From contig JAVECS010000003.1 in the NCBI GenBank assembly GCA_051942165.1, positions 1-63,888 of the forward strand: 63,888 nt of DNA, in the 5' to 3' direction. This document shows, one piece after another, positions 1 through 12,472 of the stretch (within the stretch, counting starts at the first letter, position 1; every line of letters starts with the position of its first letter). The notes under the pieces are model-generated. The model ran no database searches. It saw only the letters and a program-made list of their open reading frames with translations, and was not told where the DNA came from. This DNA comes from Circinaria calcarea (taxonomy: Eukaryota). The translations under genes were made by a program, and so were the position numbers.

Positions 1-130
1 ATATTATAATATTATATAAAATAATTATAAAAATATTTTTTTTAAATTAAGTTTTTTTAATTTATTTTTATTTTTATTTTTTATAAAATTTTATAATTTT
101 ATAATTTCTGGCGAAATATTTATTTATATC
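1..130. repeat. AT-rich low-complexity edge, probably RIP-degraded repeat DNA
   Basis: Bases 1-105 are almost exclusively A/T with many TpA steps, followed by a sharp transition to mixed composition. RIP origin is inference. Confidence 0.7.
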
Positions 131-587
131 CGTAAAATCCAATTCCTTTCAATACTACTCGATATGGCATTAGCACCGGCCGTACCTATTAACGGCAAAA
201 CGAAAAATCCAGCGTTAATTAAAGCTGAACAGCTCTGTAAAGACTAGCATACATCCGGTGTGGCGCAGCAATTGAGCCGTCTGGATTGGCAACGCGACTT
301 GAACTGTAAGGATCCTCTACGAATAATATGATGATCTTACGATAAGGGTCGGTAAACTGTGTGATAATGTGCTCAATTGGTTCGCATAACGTATGAATTA
401 TTGCTAAAGAATTCTGGTGTAACGCTTCGCGAAGAAAACCTTTCTCGCTAAGCTAATACCTCGTGACCTCGGTGTATAGTTCACCCGTAGGGTTCGTAGG
501 GGTTCTCGGGTAGAGCCCTTACATGAACCTCCGTGCTCTTATAGTAAATAACTTTACAGCCTTATTCTCTAATTATTTTTATACAGT

Positions 588-1679
588 TTAGCGATTGAAT
601 AAAGAAGTAGAAAGTATATTTAATTTACGCTGTGATTGTTTTTTATCATCACCCACTCCAATGCTTTCAGCCTTTCCCAAATCGTTTTCACGGGATGTCT
701 TTCTGTTAGCCTTACGAGCCGTGGGTAAGAATTTGTCCAGCACGCTATGTCGCCGCTGCTCAACGTCCTCATCCTTTTGGCTCCAGTCATTCTGATCGTC
801 AACTTGAAAGATAGTATGTCTCCGTGGGCTCTGACTTTCGATTCCAAAGTCCATTGGCTTCCAGTGTCCTACCGGCCCAGGTCCCACACTTCGTCTGTTC
901 ATCTTCTCTCCAGACGATTTCTTTGAAGACCACAATGTACCCAAGCCCTTCTGGCGAAAGTGATTGACGTTGCGAACCGGGTCTACCTGGGCTGCCTGAG
1001 CGGCAGCCTGAGCGCGCGTTAGCTGAAAATTATTCCTCGCGGGCGCCTGTTGCGTGGTCGGTGTTGCACGATCACGGCCTTCTGTGAATGACGCGGTGGA
1101 CAGCCGTCGGTCGGGTAAAGTGGAGCTCCCGAGCACTGTAGAAGGCCGACGATCTGCGGTACCAGAGATTCGACGATCCGGCATCACGGAGACTCGGCGA
1201 TCTGGCATGATAGAAGCCCGACGATCCGGCAGAATAGATGCTCGACGATCTGGAGCTACCGAAGCGCGGCGTTCCGGAGTCAAGATAGTCGACTCCATAG
1301 CTGATAGTGATAGAGGGTGAATCGTCACATTTTCCGGTAGTTCGGCTGTAGCTGTGCTCATGAAATCGGACGCGGCAAACTGCGGTACATGACGATATCC
1401 CCGGGTAGGTCCAGTGGGAGGCTTGTCATTTTCCGGAAATGCCTGATGACTTCTGCCTTTTTCCCGCACCTTAAAATCCTCCAGTGCTCGGTACAGCTCG
1501 TCTGGATCAAGTGGTTTCCCCGCTGTGGTGGTCTGCCCGGATTTTGTGGCATTCCGCAATCGGTGGATGTTCGAGGAAACGGGAATTACAGGCTGAGGAT
1601 AAGATATTTTAGCAAGCTGACTCAAGCTTGAGACATCGTAACTCACATTCTGTGGTGAGAGTATTTCGCGCGAAGTCAT
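588..1679 (-). CDS. Hypothetical protein with an internal 8-aa tandem repeat (PDRRxS)
   Basis: Single long ORF (track 588..1700 opens at TTG; first ATG at 1679). S/P/R-rich, with no family recognised. Confidence 0.7.
   Translation of the reverse strand: MTSREILSPQNVSYDVSSLSQLAKISYPQPVIPVSSNIHRLRNATKSGQTTTAGKPLDPDELYRALEDFKVREKGRSHQAFPENDKPPTGPTRGYRHVPQFAASDFMSTATAELPENVTIHPLSLSAMESTILTPERRASVAPDRRASILPDRRASIMPDRRVSVMPDRRISGTADRRPSTVLGSSTLPDRRLSTASFTEGRDRATPTTQQAPARNNFQLTRAQAAAQAAQVDPVRNVNHFRQKGLGTLWSSKKSSGEKMNRRSVGPGPVGHWKPMDFGIESQSPRRHTIFQVDDQNDWSQKDEDVEQRRHSVLDKFLPTARKANRKTSRENDLGKAESIGVGDDKKQSQRKLNILSTSLFNR
1135..1278 (-). repeat. Coding minisatellite, 6 x 24 bp
   Basis: cgacgatc-like cores at 1147, 1171, 1195, 1219, 1243 and 1267 (period 24). 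Encodes PERRASVA/PDRRASIL/PDRRASIM/PDRRVSVM/PDRRISGT/ADRRPSTV. Confidence 0.9.
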
Positions 1680-3278
1680 GACTTCGATTGGATGGGACAA
1701 GGTTCCTCAGGACAGCTGAGAAACTCCACGAGCTTTACTTGATAGGTAAACAATGGGATGGAGAAGGGAATCGAAAGTGGCAGGCCAGGGACTTTATAGG
1801 GTCCAACAGCGGCCGAGCATAGCATGACCGGAAGAATATTCAGCTTGTAAAGCATCTTGCCTGCGTGAGTAGACTTTGGGAGGCGTCGTTGTCAATTGCG
1901 GGAACGTAGGCTCGTGATCAAGGTGTCGCAAGGTACCGAGAGCAAGAGTGGGATAGTCCACCCCACGGGAGATTGAGGTCTGGTAAGAGCGGGGCAAACC
2001 CGGGGGACAGAAGCAGGGAAGGCTCCGCATGCTCCCGTCAAGTTTAAAAGTCAGTTCCTGAGCCCCAGCCGTGGGACGGGGCATAGTCAAATTGCGACTG
2101 CATAAAGCCTCGCACACTTGCTCACACCCCATGACGCTCGCATAGGGCTCACATGAGATGAGAGGTTCATTTCCCGTGGTTGGCGTCGAAATCTTAGTTT
2201 CGACCTCGCGGCAACATCTTCGAAACCACGGGGTCGAGTAGCTGCCTCAGACCTGCTCGCATTCCAAGCGTGTCTGATCCCAGACTAGGAAGGCCGACAG
2301 AGGAGAGCATCGGGGATGGAAGCAGACTCCTGCGGTTCTTCGATGCCAGTCCATGGCACCTTGTGCCGGTCCACGAGGTCGACAAACGAGGTGAATCGGT
2401 GCCTCTATCACGGCAGGATCAGAGGCTTTGGAGGGACCATCTTACAGGATCTCGTGGAAGCACAGTGATTGCTGTGTCCGTCCATTGTACCTGCATTAGC
2501 CGGTTCCTGTCCGAGCCAACCCACACACTACTCTACTCCGGACGGAAGAACAGCAATTCGCACGTGCGGGCTTGCCGCCTTGCAGTATGTCCCTTTGTTT
2601 TGGCGCGCCTGAGCTCAGGCTGGGCGCACATCAGTTTGAGTGGGTCACTTTTGTACGAGCAACTGTTCCCAAGGCAAGCGCATGGTCCCGAGGCCTGCCG
2701 TCTTCTCTGTGGTAGAGAATGGATTCTCCTGTGAAGCTGTGACTAGGTAGATAGTGATGCAAATTCAATAGGGCAATTATGATAAAATCTAATTGTTTTG
2801 GTGAGGCCCAACGCAAACATTAGCGGCCCAATTTATCGTCAGGGCCATAGTTGTTGATACATGGGCTACCAACCAAGCGCTTTGATGATCAGACATTCTT
2901 CTGCCCTTAGATATCATCGCTTACCACCATCAAGCACGTCCATCCCAGGCAGGGACCTCAGCTTGCATGCTTCCGCCAGGTAATTCTTCGGTGGACCGGT
3001 GGAGCTTATTAAAACTTACCAAGGCAGCCTTTGGGAGGGGTTATTCCTCGTGCTCTTTCCTCCCCCTTCGGCTAAGGGGGAAGAACAACCACCCGAATCG
3101 TCCACATGTCTACTTTACCCCATCCTGCCCAAAATTCTGAGAGGAGCGCGTTTTCCGGGACCATGAGATAAAACTGCAATGTCCTTTTCAGCAAGACGGC
3201 AGACGCCACTTGGATGCGCAATTTAGGCGTGGAGAGAGTGTATTATCTATATCTTTCGCCGTTTCAATCCCATCATCC

Positions 3279-6200
3279 ATGGCGACGCATAACACGAGTC
3301 GGCAAGTCGGAGTATCCTCTACATTGACGATGTTGGACCACTCATCTCTCATCGCCTATCCATAAATCCCTGGTCTCAGCAAGCTTCCGGCCACGCTTCT
3401 TGACCGCGTTGTGCGGCCAGATGAGGTGAGGCAAGGCGGGGCGGCAGTGGCTGAAGGTGCACGCATCAATGATCGTCATGCTCAAAGAAACTTCCAAAGG
3501 ATGAAGTCGCCGAAAACGAAACTCACGAGGTCCGTGGAAGCTCCCAAGTCTCCCTGCGACACGCATGCCATACACTCGTCAGAGTCTATGTCTCGGCCAG
3601 GTCTCAAGGAGCGCTCTCGTTCGGCACCAATGGTGACTTCAGTTCTCCGAGAGGACCGCAATGGTGGCCAGCGCAGGGAACCTAACCCTACCACGTCCGA
3701 GCTCGTTACCAGCGCTGGCATCGATCTCGACGATGGCCAGCCATGCTCGTACTTACAGTCTGATCTCCTAGAGCCGAGCAAAATGATACAAGTCCCGAGT
3801 ACGTCTGGTGCTGTAAGTTGACCTGCGGCTAACACCATGACACCTTTCTGTCTACAAACTATTTCTAGTCAAGCCACAATCCAGTTTAAGGGGCGGTGTA
3901 TCTCCATTAAATTGGCAGTGGATAACTAATTCCGAGTGAACCATCCAGGGCGAACATCTCAAAGTGATGCCTGAGTTGAACTTAGCTGTGATAGGCGAAC
4001 GCGGAGCCGGAAAATCAACCTTCGTCCGCTGTGCACTGGACCTGCAGAACCCTGCAAACTCGCCTGCATCATCCAAGAAAATATCTCTGGAAGGAGAGAT
4101 CTTTCTCATCAGCCTGATTGAAGTTCAGCTTGGCGACCTTGTTATAGCCGGAGACCGGCAGATACTGTGGCCGCAAGTCGTCGAGCATAAAGCAATGCCA
4201 CGAATAGATGGCGCCCTCGTGCTCTTCGATGTCATGAATCGAGATAGTATCTGCAATGTACCCAATCTACTGAGTGAGTCTATCGAGTTTTGAGAACACC
4301 GCAGATATAGCAGCCTTACGGGCCTACTTCGGACCAATTTGTCCGTAAAGTTGCAGGACACGCAACGTCCCTTTGACTCTGTATAAGAGGCTTACACTTC
4401 CGTTGATCTCAGATGCCTGTGCCAGAAATGGTATCCCCGGCGTGCTAGTCTCATGTAAATGCGACCATCCTCCTAGCACCTGGCAGATCGACCCTCGCGC
4501 AGTTGAAAATGCCTGTAGTCTTACCGCTATCAAGGAATCTTTTCAAACTACCGTCCATGCCCCCCAAACCCATAAGCGATGCATTTCCATCATCCTGAAC
4601 AGTCTCATCGCTGAAGATCCGTGTGAGTCTTAATACCGTTCAATTTCTTCTAAGAATAACTTTGTATCTTTGCCGCGTGATCGTCACTTTCCACCGAGTT
4701 TTATCAATTGTCCGTATGCATTGTCATGGCGCTCAAGACTACTGTGTCGCAAGTACCTTTCTAAAAGCGCAAAGCTCCCGTGTCCGTTTAAGAAGTTAGG
4801 GCGCTCATAGGTATGGAGTAGTACCGCCGATACTTTCTTCTACAACAAGGCCATGGGCACTGACAACCTCGAGAAAATCACGAGTCGTCAATTCATCACC
4901 GCCTTCCGTCATAAAGATCAGGCATAGTCGAACCACTTCCGAGACGGCTGGGTCCCGATCATTCAAACCCACTTCTTCGCCACCGTTTCCTAACGTTTCA
5001 GGTACCGGCGGTACAAACATTCCTAAAAGTTATAGTGCTATAGGTGCAAGCTCCCAAGCTGCCGAAATTATATCCGTATTGTCTCAGGGCTTTTCATCGG
5101 CTGTGGATGTAGAACCTTGTGAACGTGGACAGATGGGTTCTGAGATTGTCCAGGAACGCCCAGAGGCCAATTGGCCGGCCGAGTTGGACCAGGGACCCGC
5201 TCGGCTCCGATCTGTAGCATCTCTCGACACTCTCACCGCTACAGCGCATTCAACCTTAGATATAGGGAGCGCAATCGAAGAGGACGACGGAGAGTCTGAG
5301 GAAAGCGCATCCATTTCAGGAATGGATCCTTCTCTACCTGAGAGTGACATCAAGGAAGCAGGTTTACGATTCGAGAGTTTGGTCGACCGTCTACTCTCAC
5401 CGTCGATGCTCAAATCGGACAGAAAGTTTGCAGCTGTGTTCTTATGCCTGTACCGTAAGTTCGCTGCACCTGCAGAACTAATGTCTGCAATTATCCATCG
5501 CTTCGAGCAAATAGGGAACAGCAGAGATCCACATATCTCACAATTAGCGTCTCAACTTAGATATATCGGCATCATTGCTCAATGGATCACAGACTATCCT
5601 GGCGATTTCGCTTATCCTTTGACTCACCATTGCATGGCCGAGTTTGTTGCCAAGCTGGCGAATATAAATGTATTCGCAGTGGGCGCCAAAGAGATAAGTG
5701 CTCGATTGGATTCAGTATCTGAAGACGACGATACCGAGTGGGCGTGTTCGGACAGCAACAGAGGCGAAGCAGCTACCGTGGCCAGTCTCTCAAGCATGGC
5801 ATCATCATCAAAATTTGATGCAACAATACCGCAAAATAGAAGTCGAGCTCCGGCCCACGGCGATAGAGAAATCGTGAACCCCAGCCGCATTGAAGACGCC
5901 AAGGAGCGAGTAACAGGGCACTCTAGAAAGCCTTCTTCATCCTCTAGTACTGGCCAGTTTGATAGTCAGTTCGGGACCTCATATTCCACCATTATCAGTC
6001 CTGTTGAAGGTGCAAGCCGCCAAGCTCATCTCCTCACCCCAACTTCCCGGAATCCCCTTACAAAATCCCAGTGGCACCAGTTCATGGATATCTCCAATGA
6101 TGAAATTGCCTGCGAGCTCACACGTATCGATTGGATTATGTTCTCCTCAATCCGGCCGCGTGACCTTGTGAGACACGTTAGCCTCGCAGGCGATCGCAAA

Positions 6201-6960
6201 GAGAAATGCAAACAGCTAGAAAATGTCAATCGGATGATTAATCATTTCAACCATATGGCGTTCTGGGTCGCGAACATTGTTCTACTCCGCGACAAGTCAA
6301 AGCATCGAGCGCTGGCATTGGAGAAATTCATGAACCTCGCATGGGTGAGCGTGATTGCACTCCTCCAGATGCATAAAGTAGACTGATGTTTGGTAGAAAC
6401 TGCGTCAGCTTAACAACTACAACTCGCTAGGAGCGGTCGTGGCTGGTATTAACGGGACGGCAGTATATCGTCTCGCGCAAACGCGGGAAATGGTTTCGCA
6501 CCAGGTACAAAAAGAGTTCATGCGCCTGGAAATCTTGATGGGGACGCAGAAAAGTCACTTTGCCTATCGACTGGCCTGGGAGAATACTTCGTCTGAACGT
6601 ATTCCCTTTTTACCATTACACCGGCGCGACCTTGTTTCCGCCGAAGAAGGGAATCAAACCTGGGTGGGTAGTAAGCAAGATCGTATCAACTGGAGGAAAT
6701 TCGAGATCATGGGCGACGCCATTATCGGTATTCAGACAAGTCAGAGCACGCCTTATCCAGATACTGGTCGGAATGCGGACGTGCAGCGGTTGGTACTGGA
6801 TGGAAAGTTCTCGAAAGATGATGATGTGAGTATTTCCTTTGTTGACTGTGTTGTCGTTGCATTGATGTGAATTAAGGAACTTTACGAACGCAGCATTTAC
6901 TTGGAAAGACCTGGCGTGGGGGAGAGTAATCGACGGAAGTTCAACTGGTTTCAACGATAA
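3279..6960 (+). CDS. Ras guanine-nucleotide exchange factor (REM + CDC25 domains) with N-terminal small-GTPase-like P-loop domain; multi-exon
   Basis: P-loop LNLAVIGERGAGKSTF; REM-like LVDRLL..FLCLYRKFAAP; CDC25 motifs IACELTRIDW, LRQLNNYNSL and RIPFLPLHRRDL..INWRKF. The last exon 6877-6960 ends FNWFQR*. The 5' start at 3279 is tentative. Confidence 0.85.
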
Positions 6961-7388
6961 TAATATGGTCACAACCTGGGCGTTGATGGGTGGAAGAAAA
7001 AATCTGGAGATGGCCTTTGATACAGTAATGAGGTCCCCTTATATGGGCAGGCTAATGTTAACATACTACAAGAGAAAGGGGCGATCCGTTCCGAGTCTCT
7101 TGGCGTTGGGAATCCGAAGCTCGTTCAAAGTTGCAATCTTGAGTTGGAAATCCTAACACATTTACTTTAGCTGAATATGGCAGATGTTCTTGGGATCTAT
7201 CGTCACAGTGCTTATCGTTGGACGAGAAGGATAGCCCTTCGGCTGAATTCTCCCTTGTTCTTCTTCAGCAAGTTATACCGTGAACGTCCTGCCTGATGTC
7301 CACGCTTCTTTATTAACTATAATTTCGAATAGTAATGCAAATGCGGCTGCTGTAGCGATGGGACCAAGACATTGTTTCTTACAGTGTG

Positions 7389-8115
7389 CTATGGTCTTGG
7401 CCCAATCGGAGTCTTATCAAGTGTGGTGTATGATTCCACTTCATGTATGATACCAACTCCAGCAGACAGTGCATCCTCGTGCGTCTTCATGACGAGTTTG
7501 GAGAATTCCTTCAAGCCGTTCCCGGCCTCGCCATCACGATCTCTGAAATCCCTCAGCTGCCGTGCAGCGTATCTCATTCCGCGCTCCTGTGTCCATGGAG
7601 CGCTGGTTCGCTCGTGCTGTACCAAGGCCTTACCTCCCCCACGAATCCTTCCCTTTCCACGGCGCCGGTCGAAGTCGCATTGGCCCCTAGAATGGTGGTG
7701 ACGGTTGCTGTCCTGGGAGAGCTCTTGGGAAGATTCTCGCGTTGCATTGTAGATAAACTTGATTTGGGCACGTAATCGCGGGTGCTGAAGGAATAGCTGG
7801 TGGAGTTGCTGGGATGAGAGAAGATTATGGGAGGAGGTAGGAAAGGAACCGTGAGACTTCGGAGCAACGAGTTCAAGGTTCGTGGGCTTTAGGGATTGCG
7901 CCGGAAGGGCATGGTTAAATATCGTAGGATTTGCACTAGACGTCTCTCCTTCATGAACCGTCTTGTGTCGTTTGTAGCATCCGATGGAACAGCTTGGGAA
8001 GTCGTTATTGTTAGCAACAATTCTTGAACTAGGTAGATAAAATTCACTATTGTACTTGACAAGAGGGACATCTGTATTTAGATGTCTGAATGGCGCAGAC
8101 GTGGCACGTCTCCAT
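7389..8115 (-). CDS. HIT-type zinc finger protein (Hit1/ZNHIT3-like)
   Basis: Exon 8115-8048 gives METCHVCAIQTSKYRCPSCQVQY; a GT-AG intron 8047-7993 joins it to CSIGCYKRH, completing the zf-HIT signature. The longer N-terminus in the ORF track is read-through of the intron. Confidence 0.85.
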
Positions 8116-8308
8116 TTTACATGTGGGAAAGATAGGTACCACTCGATGGCGTCGGAGAAGGTACACATGCATCCAATCACGCCCATTTTCTGTGCTCTCT
8201 CGAAAGAGGGGAATATAGAACTACATAACGTCATAAACTCTCTAGCAAAAGAGCTTTCGCGTTTTTTGGCCTCAACATCCATTAAACACCTACACCGCAT
8301 TGTACAGT

Positions 8309-9378
8309 ATGACATATCAGCGTACTGCATTTCGTCCTATCGCGTGGGTGCAATCCAGCACATGGTCTTGGAATACATCCAAGTCAATCTCGTCTCGAGA
8401 GTGGGCTTGTCGTTATAGTAGCACTAGACCAGCACCAGTCCTAACAGCTTCAATCTCTCGACGAAGACCTCGATTACCGCCCTTACATGAATCTCCTGCC
8501 TTCTCTCAGGCCATGCCCGCAGCACGAGTTAGGACTATTTTTATCCAGACGGAGAGTACCCCTAACGCAGATGTAGGGTGAAAAGAAGCGCTTACCGGAA
8601 CACAGCTTGCTGATCCTGTCCAAAAGGCCTTGAAATTCCTACCCAACTATCCCATCTTACCTCAAGGACTCGCATCTCCGTTTCTGGAATATCTCAATCC
8701 AAGGTCCACCCTTGCGCCACCGCATCCATCGCCTTTGGCCGCACGGCTATTGAACATTGATGGAATAACATCAGTGTTTTACGGACCGGACTTTATCACC
8801 GTGACCAAAGCGTCAGATGCCAACTGGGCCCACGTGAAGCCCGAGGTTTTCAGCTTGATTACCGAGGCAGTGACTTCCGGGGAGCAGATTGTTAATACTG
8901 TCGAAAATCGATTGCCCCAAGCTGGTCAAGAAGGTGGCAAGCAAGACTCGTTGGGATATGACGAAAACGATAGCGAGGTTGTAAGCATGATAAAAGAGCT
9001 GTTAGAAACTCGGATTCGACCGTCAATCCAGGAAGACGGTGGCGACATTGAGTTCAGGGGCTTCGAGAATGGAAACGTTCTACTCAAATTGCGAGGCGCA
9101 TGTCGAACCTGCGATTCTAGCACCGTCACACTGAAAAATGGTATTGAGAGCATGCTGATGCACTATGTGAGTTTTCATTGTGCATGACTACAATTCTCGG
9201 CTTAGCTGATCCTGGCCAGATCGAAGAGGTTCAGGGCGTCACTCAGGTCTTGGATCAAGAGGAAGAGATAGCCATGAAGGAATTCGCAAAGTTCGAAGAG
9301 AAGCTCAAATTGCAGAAAGGGCCCGCTGCTGTGGCTTCGACTATTGGCAAGGGAAGTCTAGATACGGTAGAAACATAG
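8309..9378 (+). CDS. NFU1: Mitochondrial Fe-S cluster carrier NFU1 (NifU-like); 3 exons
   Basis: Arg/Ser-rich presequence, IFIQTESTPNAD|ALKF, LETRIRPSIQEDGGDIEF and the CxxC motif LRGACRTCDSS. Confidence 0.95.
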
Positions 9379-12300
9379 GGGAAGAAGCATGACCTCGGGC
9401 ATGCCCTAGTGCCGACAGGAGCCCCATCGGCTGTCGTCTCCTGCTAGTTGGTGATAGCGGTCCGCTTGGCGAGCATCAAGCATCTCTCGACGCCGGCCCA
9501 TGGCTGGGCGGGAAGCTAGCGGCATTCATGAAGGATGAAGACCTGGAAGCAGCATGATGAATTATCTAAGTTAAAAGTCGTAGTGTTAAGGCAGAAGTGC
9601 AAGGGCGCTCAGGAGACCAGACCTCTTGGCCGCCGGGGAATACTGAGGACGATAGGAACGTGTACCTTAACATCTGGCCAGCGTGACGGCGCGGGCTGCA
9701 CGGCCAAGTCGCATTTTGATGGATGCTTTCATGATGAATTCGGTCTAACGGTATGATGGCTCTCCTGTGTGATGCCCTTTACCATGTTAATATGGAGCTT
9801 CGGCCTTGGCTGGGAACTTAGACCATGTCCCTCCCTTATTCTGGGAGGCGTTAGCAGAAGCTGAAGTCGAGATATACCTTTACCTCGTTGCTCTCTCCTA
9901 CTGTAGTCGGATCGAGATTGACATGGGCCGGGGTCCATGCCGGAGAGAGGTCGGCTGTCCGTGCTGACGGTTCATGCATATCAGGTACCTAGTAAGGTCG
10001 TTTATTCTCGACCAGAAGCGCAATGTGGGGAAAGGGTGAGGTAATCTTTTCCAGGACCGAAACCAAGCAGCCCCTCGGTGGTTACCTTTGCCGCCTGACG
10101 GCTTCCTCTAGCGCCGTCTTGGGGCTCCATCTGGTGGTAGTTGGATTGTGTCTTGATGGTAATACGTCAGGGCCCGTGTGCCGTTGGCGAAGGGAGAAGG
10201 GGTAGGAGAAATCATCATGAGAGTGAGAGGACACTGGTCCTGCATCAGGGTGAGAGGGGGGAATTCAATAAGAAGTAGCCATCCCACAATCCGGACGCAC
10301 CAAGCAATCTATCGGGGTTCCGGGTCGACTTGCCAATCCCACAGTCCATCGACCATCACCATCACTGTTCCGATGCACTGGGTGGCGGGTTCTCGTCTCA
10401 TGGCCCGCTGTCCCGACATTGTCGCTGTTTGCGAGGGATCGATATACCTCGGATGGTCTTTCGTTTTCCGTTTCGTGGACTCGTTCGTACAGAAGAGTAT
10501 TAGGCTGAATGCCAAATGCCATGTACGGAGTAGATCGCCTACCGAGACCTAGCTGCTGATCACTTTTCTCCGCAGTCTTTCCCCGCTAATTTGATAGCGC
10601 TAGGCATGGATGCCTTGTTCCACCTTTGGTGGCCCCCAGGCTTTTTGTCTTGCACATGTCCGGAGTAGTCGGTACTGTGAACGTGTCTCCAGGGGAGTAA
10701 CCAGGGCCGAATTACCCTCACTGCAACATCTCTTCCCCCTCCCTTAGACCCTTTTCCCTCACGCCAAGTCTCCGGCCGACCAGTCGTCTCGCCGTTTTTC
10801 TGTGCTGTCAGTTACTGGCCAGTGGCCAACAATCGGGAAGCAACGACAGACCATCCACCACATCCGACCAGTCGACTCACCGTACCCATCTTCATAGATA
10901 TACCACAAGCTCTTTCCCATCTCTCGAGGCCCGCACCACTGCTCTCCTGCCACCGGAAAAGATACAATTGCTTTCATGTGCATCGATATCTCTACCACCT
11001 GAGCCTTTGGCCGGCACCACCTCAGATTTGGGCGCATTCGACCCTCGAGCCTTTGGTTGGCCGAACACGTCCACCAAGAACTTGACTTAAGGAAGGCAGA
11101 GAGAACAGACTATCCCTTGGCGGTGCGGTGCGCAACATACGGGCGGCTGAGCGACTGGCGACGGAGCTTCTGTCTTGATGATGCGTAGGTCCTCGATTCT
11201 CGAGAAAAAGGGACAGACGCACCAAGTTGGCCACATTGCGTCCTGGACAGCCTTGTTTTGAGACTCCTTTCGCCCGTGTATGAATAGACCAGTATAAATT
11301 TCTAATTGTCGTGAGGCTTGGTAAGCCATCTCTTACTCTCTCGGGGTCCACTCTCGTGATACGAAAGAGTCCTATCTCGAACACGTTTGACATTACTCAG
11401 ATACCCTGTATACCGCGCTGCTATCCGGAATAATTTTCGCTTTCATAGAGAAGTGGATCTTTGGCGAAAACTTCTTACGACTTGGCATTGAGGAATATAG
11501 ACGACTACCCGGTAGGACACTCTCCTCTTAACATATATGGCTATGTCACGAGGAAAACCTGCATTCATTCGATCGGCGTCTGCAGGCGCCGTGTTAGCAG
11601 AATTTTCTTTTTATATCCTGGGTTGTGCTCCCTCTCGTGGGGCTTAATTGACTTGACTGCTAGGACGCTACTGGCTTGAAGCCTCTGACACTTGCAACGG
11701 CTGAATTAGATTCCGTACACCATGTATGTTATCAGTGCAACTCCTTATTTTTCACTGAGTCTGAGTTGTTGGAAGCATCGAAAACTAGTACTCGTCCGTC
11801 TGCAGATTTGACACGGCGATTCTCCGTCGAGGTGAGTCTTATTCACAGAACGTCCGAGTGTACCAAACTCCCCTCCACACGCTCTTCGATCTGAACCAGC
11901 GACCGCTTTTGTTGATCACTTCGTCAAGTTCCTTTCGACCACTTGTTCCGGGGGCTTGACTCTGATCCTGCACACCTTTCCCATCCGCTCCCGGAATTTG
12001 AATGTAAGTACGATTAGTTTACTCCGCCCCACCATCAAGTTTAGAAAATGATCGCATGTGTTCACGCTGTTGTTATATTTCCCATTATGTCAACTTCACC
12101 ACCCAACATTCGGTCATAAACCCACCATCTTCACACGTGTTTCACTTGGCACGTCAACCATCCTTTTCAATTCGTATTAGCTTTATACAGGGAATCCGTT
12201 CTAAACGTTTCGCTTATGCCTAGTCTAGCTTATCCACCGGGCTTGCTATCCTAGGGCTTCAGTCCACCAATAGGTAGTCAGCGCCCTAGAGTGATTGCTT

Positions 12301-12472
12301 CCGAAACGGTTGGAATACAATATTCGTATCACTTCCAGATTTACTGTATGTTGACATGTTGACATTGCTCGGTCTGAAGAAGCGTTGTGAGCCGGTGAAG
12401 ATCACTTTTGGGTACCGCTAATTAAGCCCCATAGATCCCCAAAAATCGGCAACACTATCATTCCTAGTTAAC

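Noticed and set aside
1794..2816. ORFs of 60-154 aa between the orphan gene and the RasGEF
   Set aside because: No motifs or splice-consistent model; most likely divergent promoter/UTR sequence.
8116..8330. N-terminal extension of the 313-aa ORF 7389..8330
   Set aside because: The zinc finger is only complete with ATG 8115 and intron 8047-7993; the extension is chance open frame.
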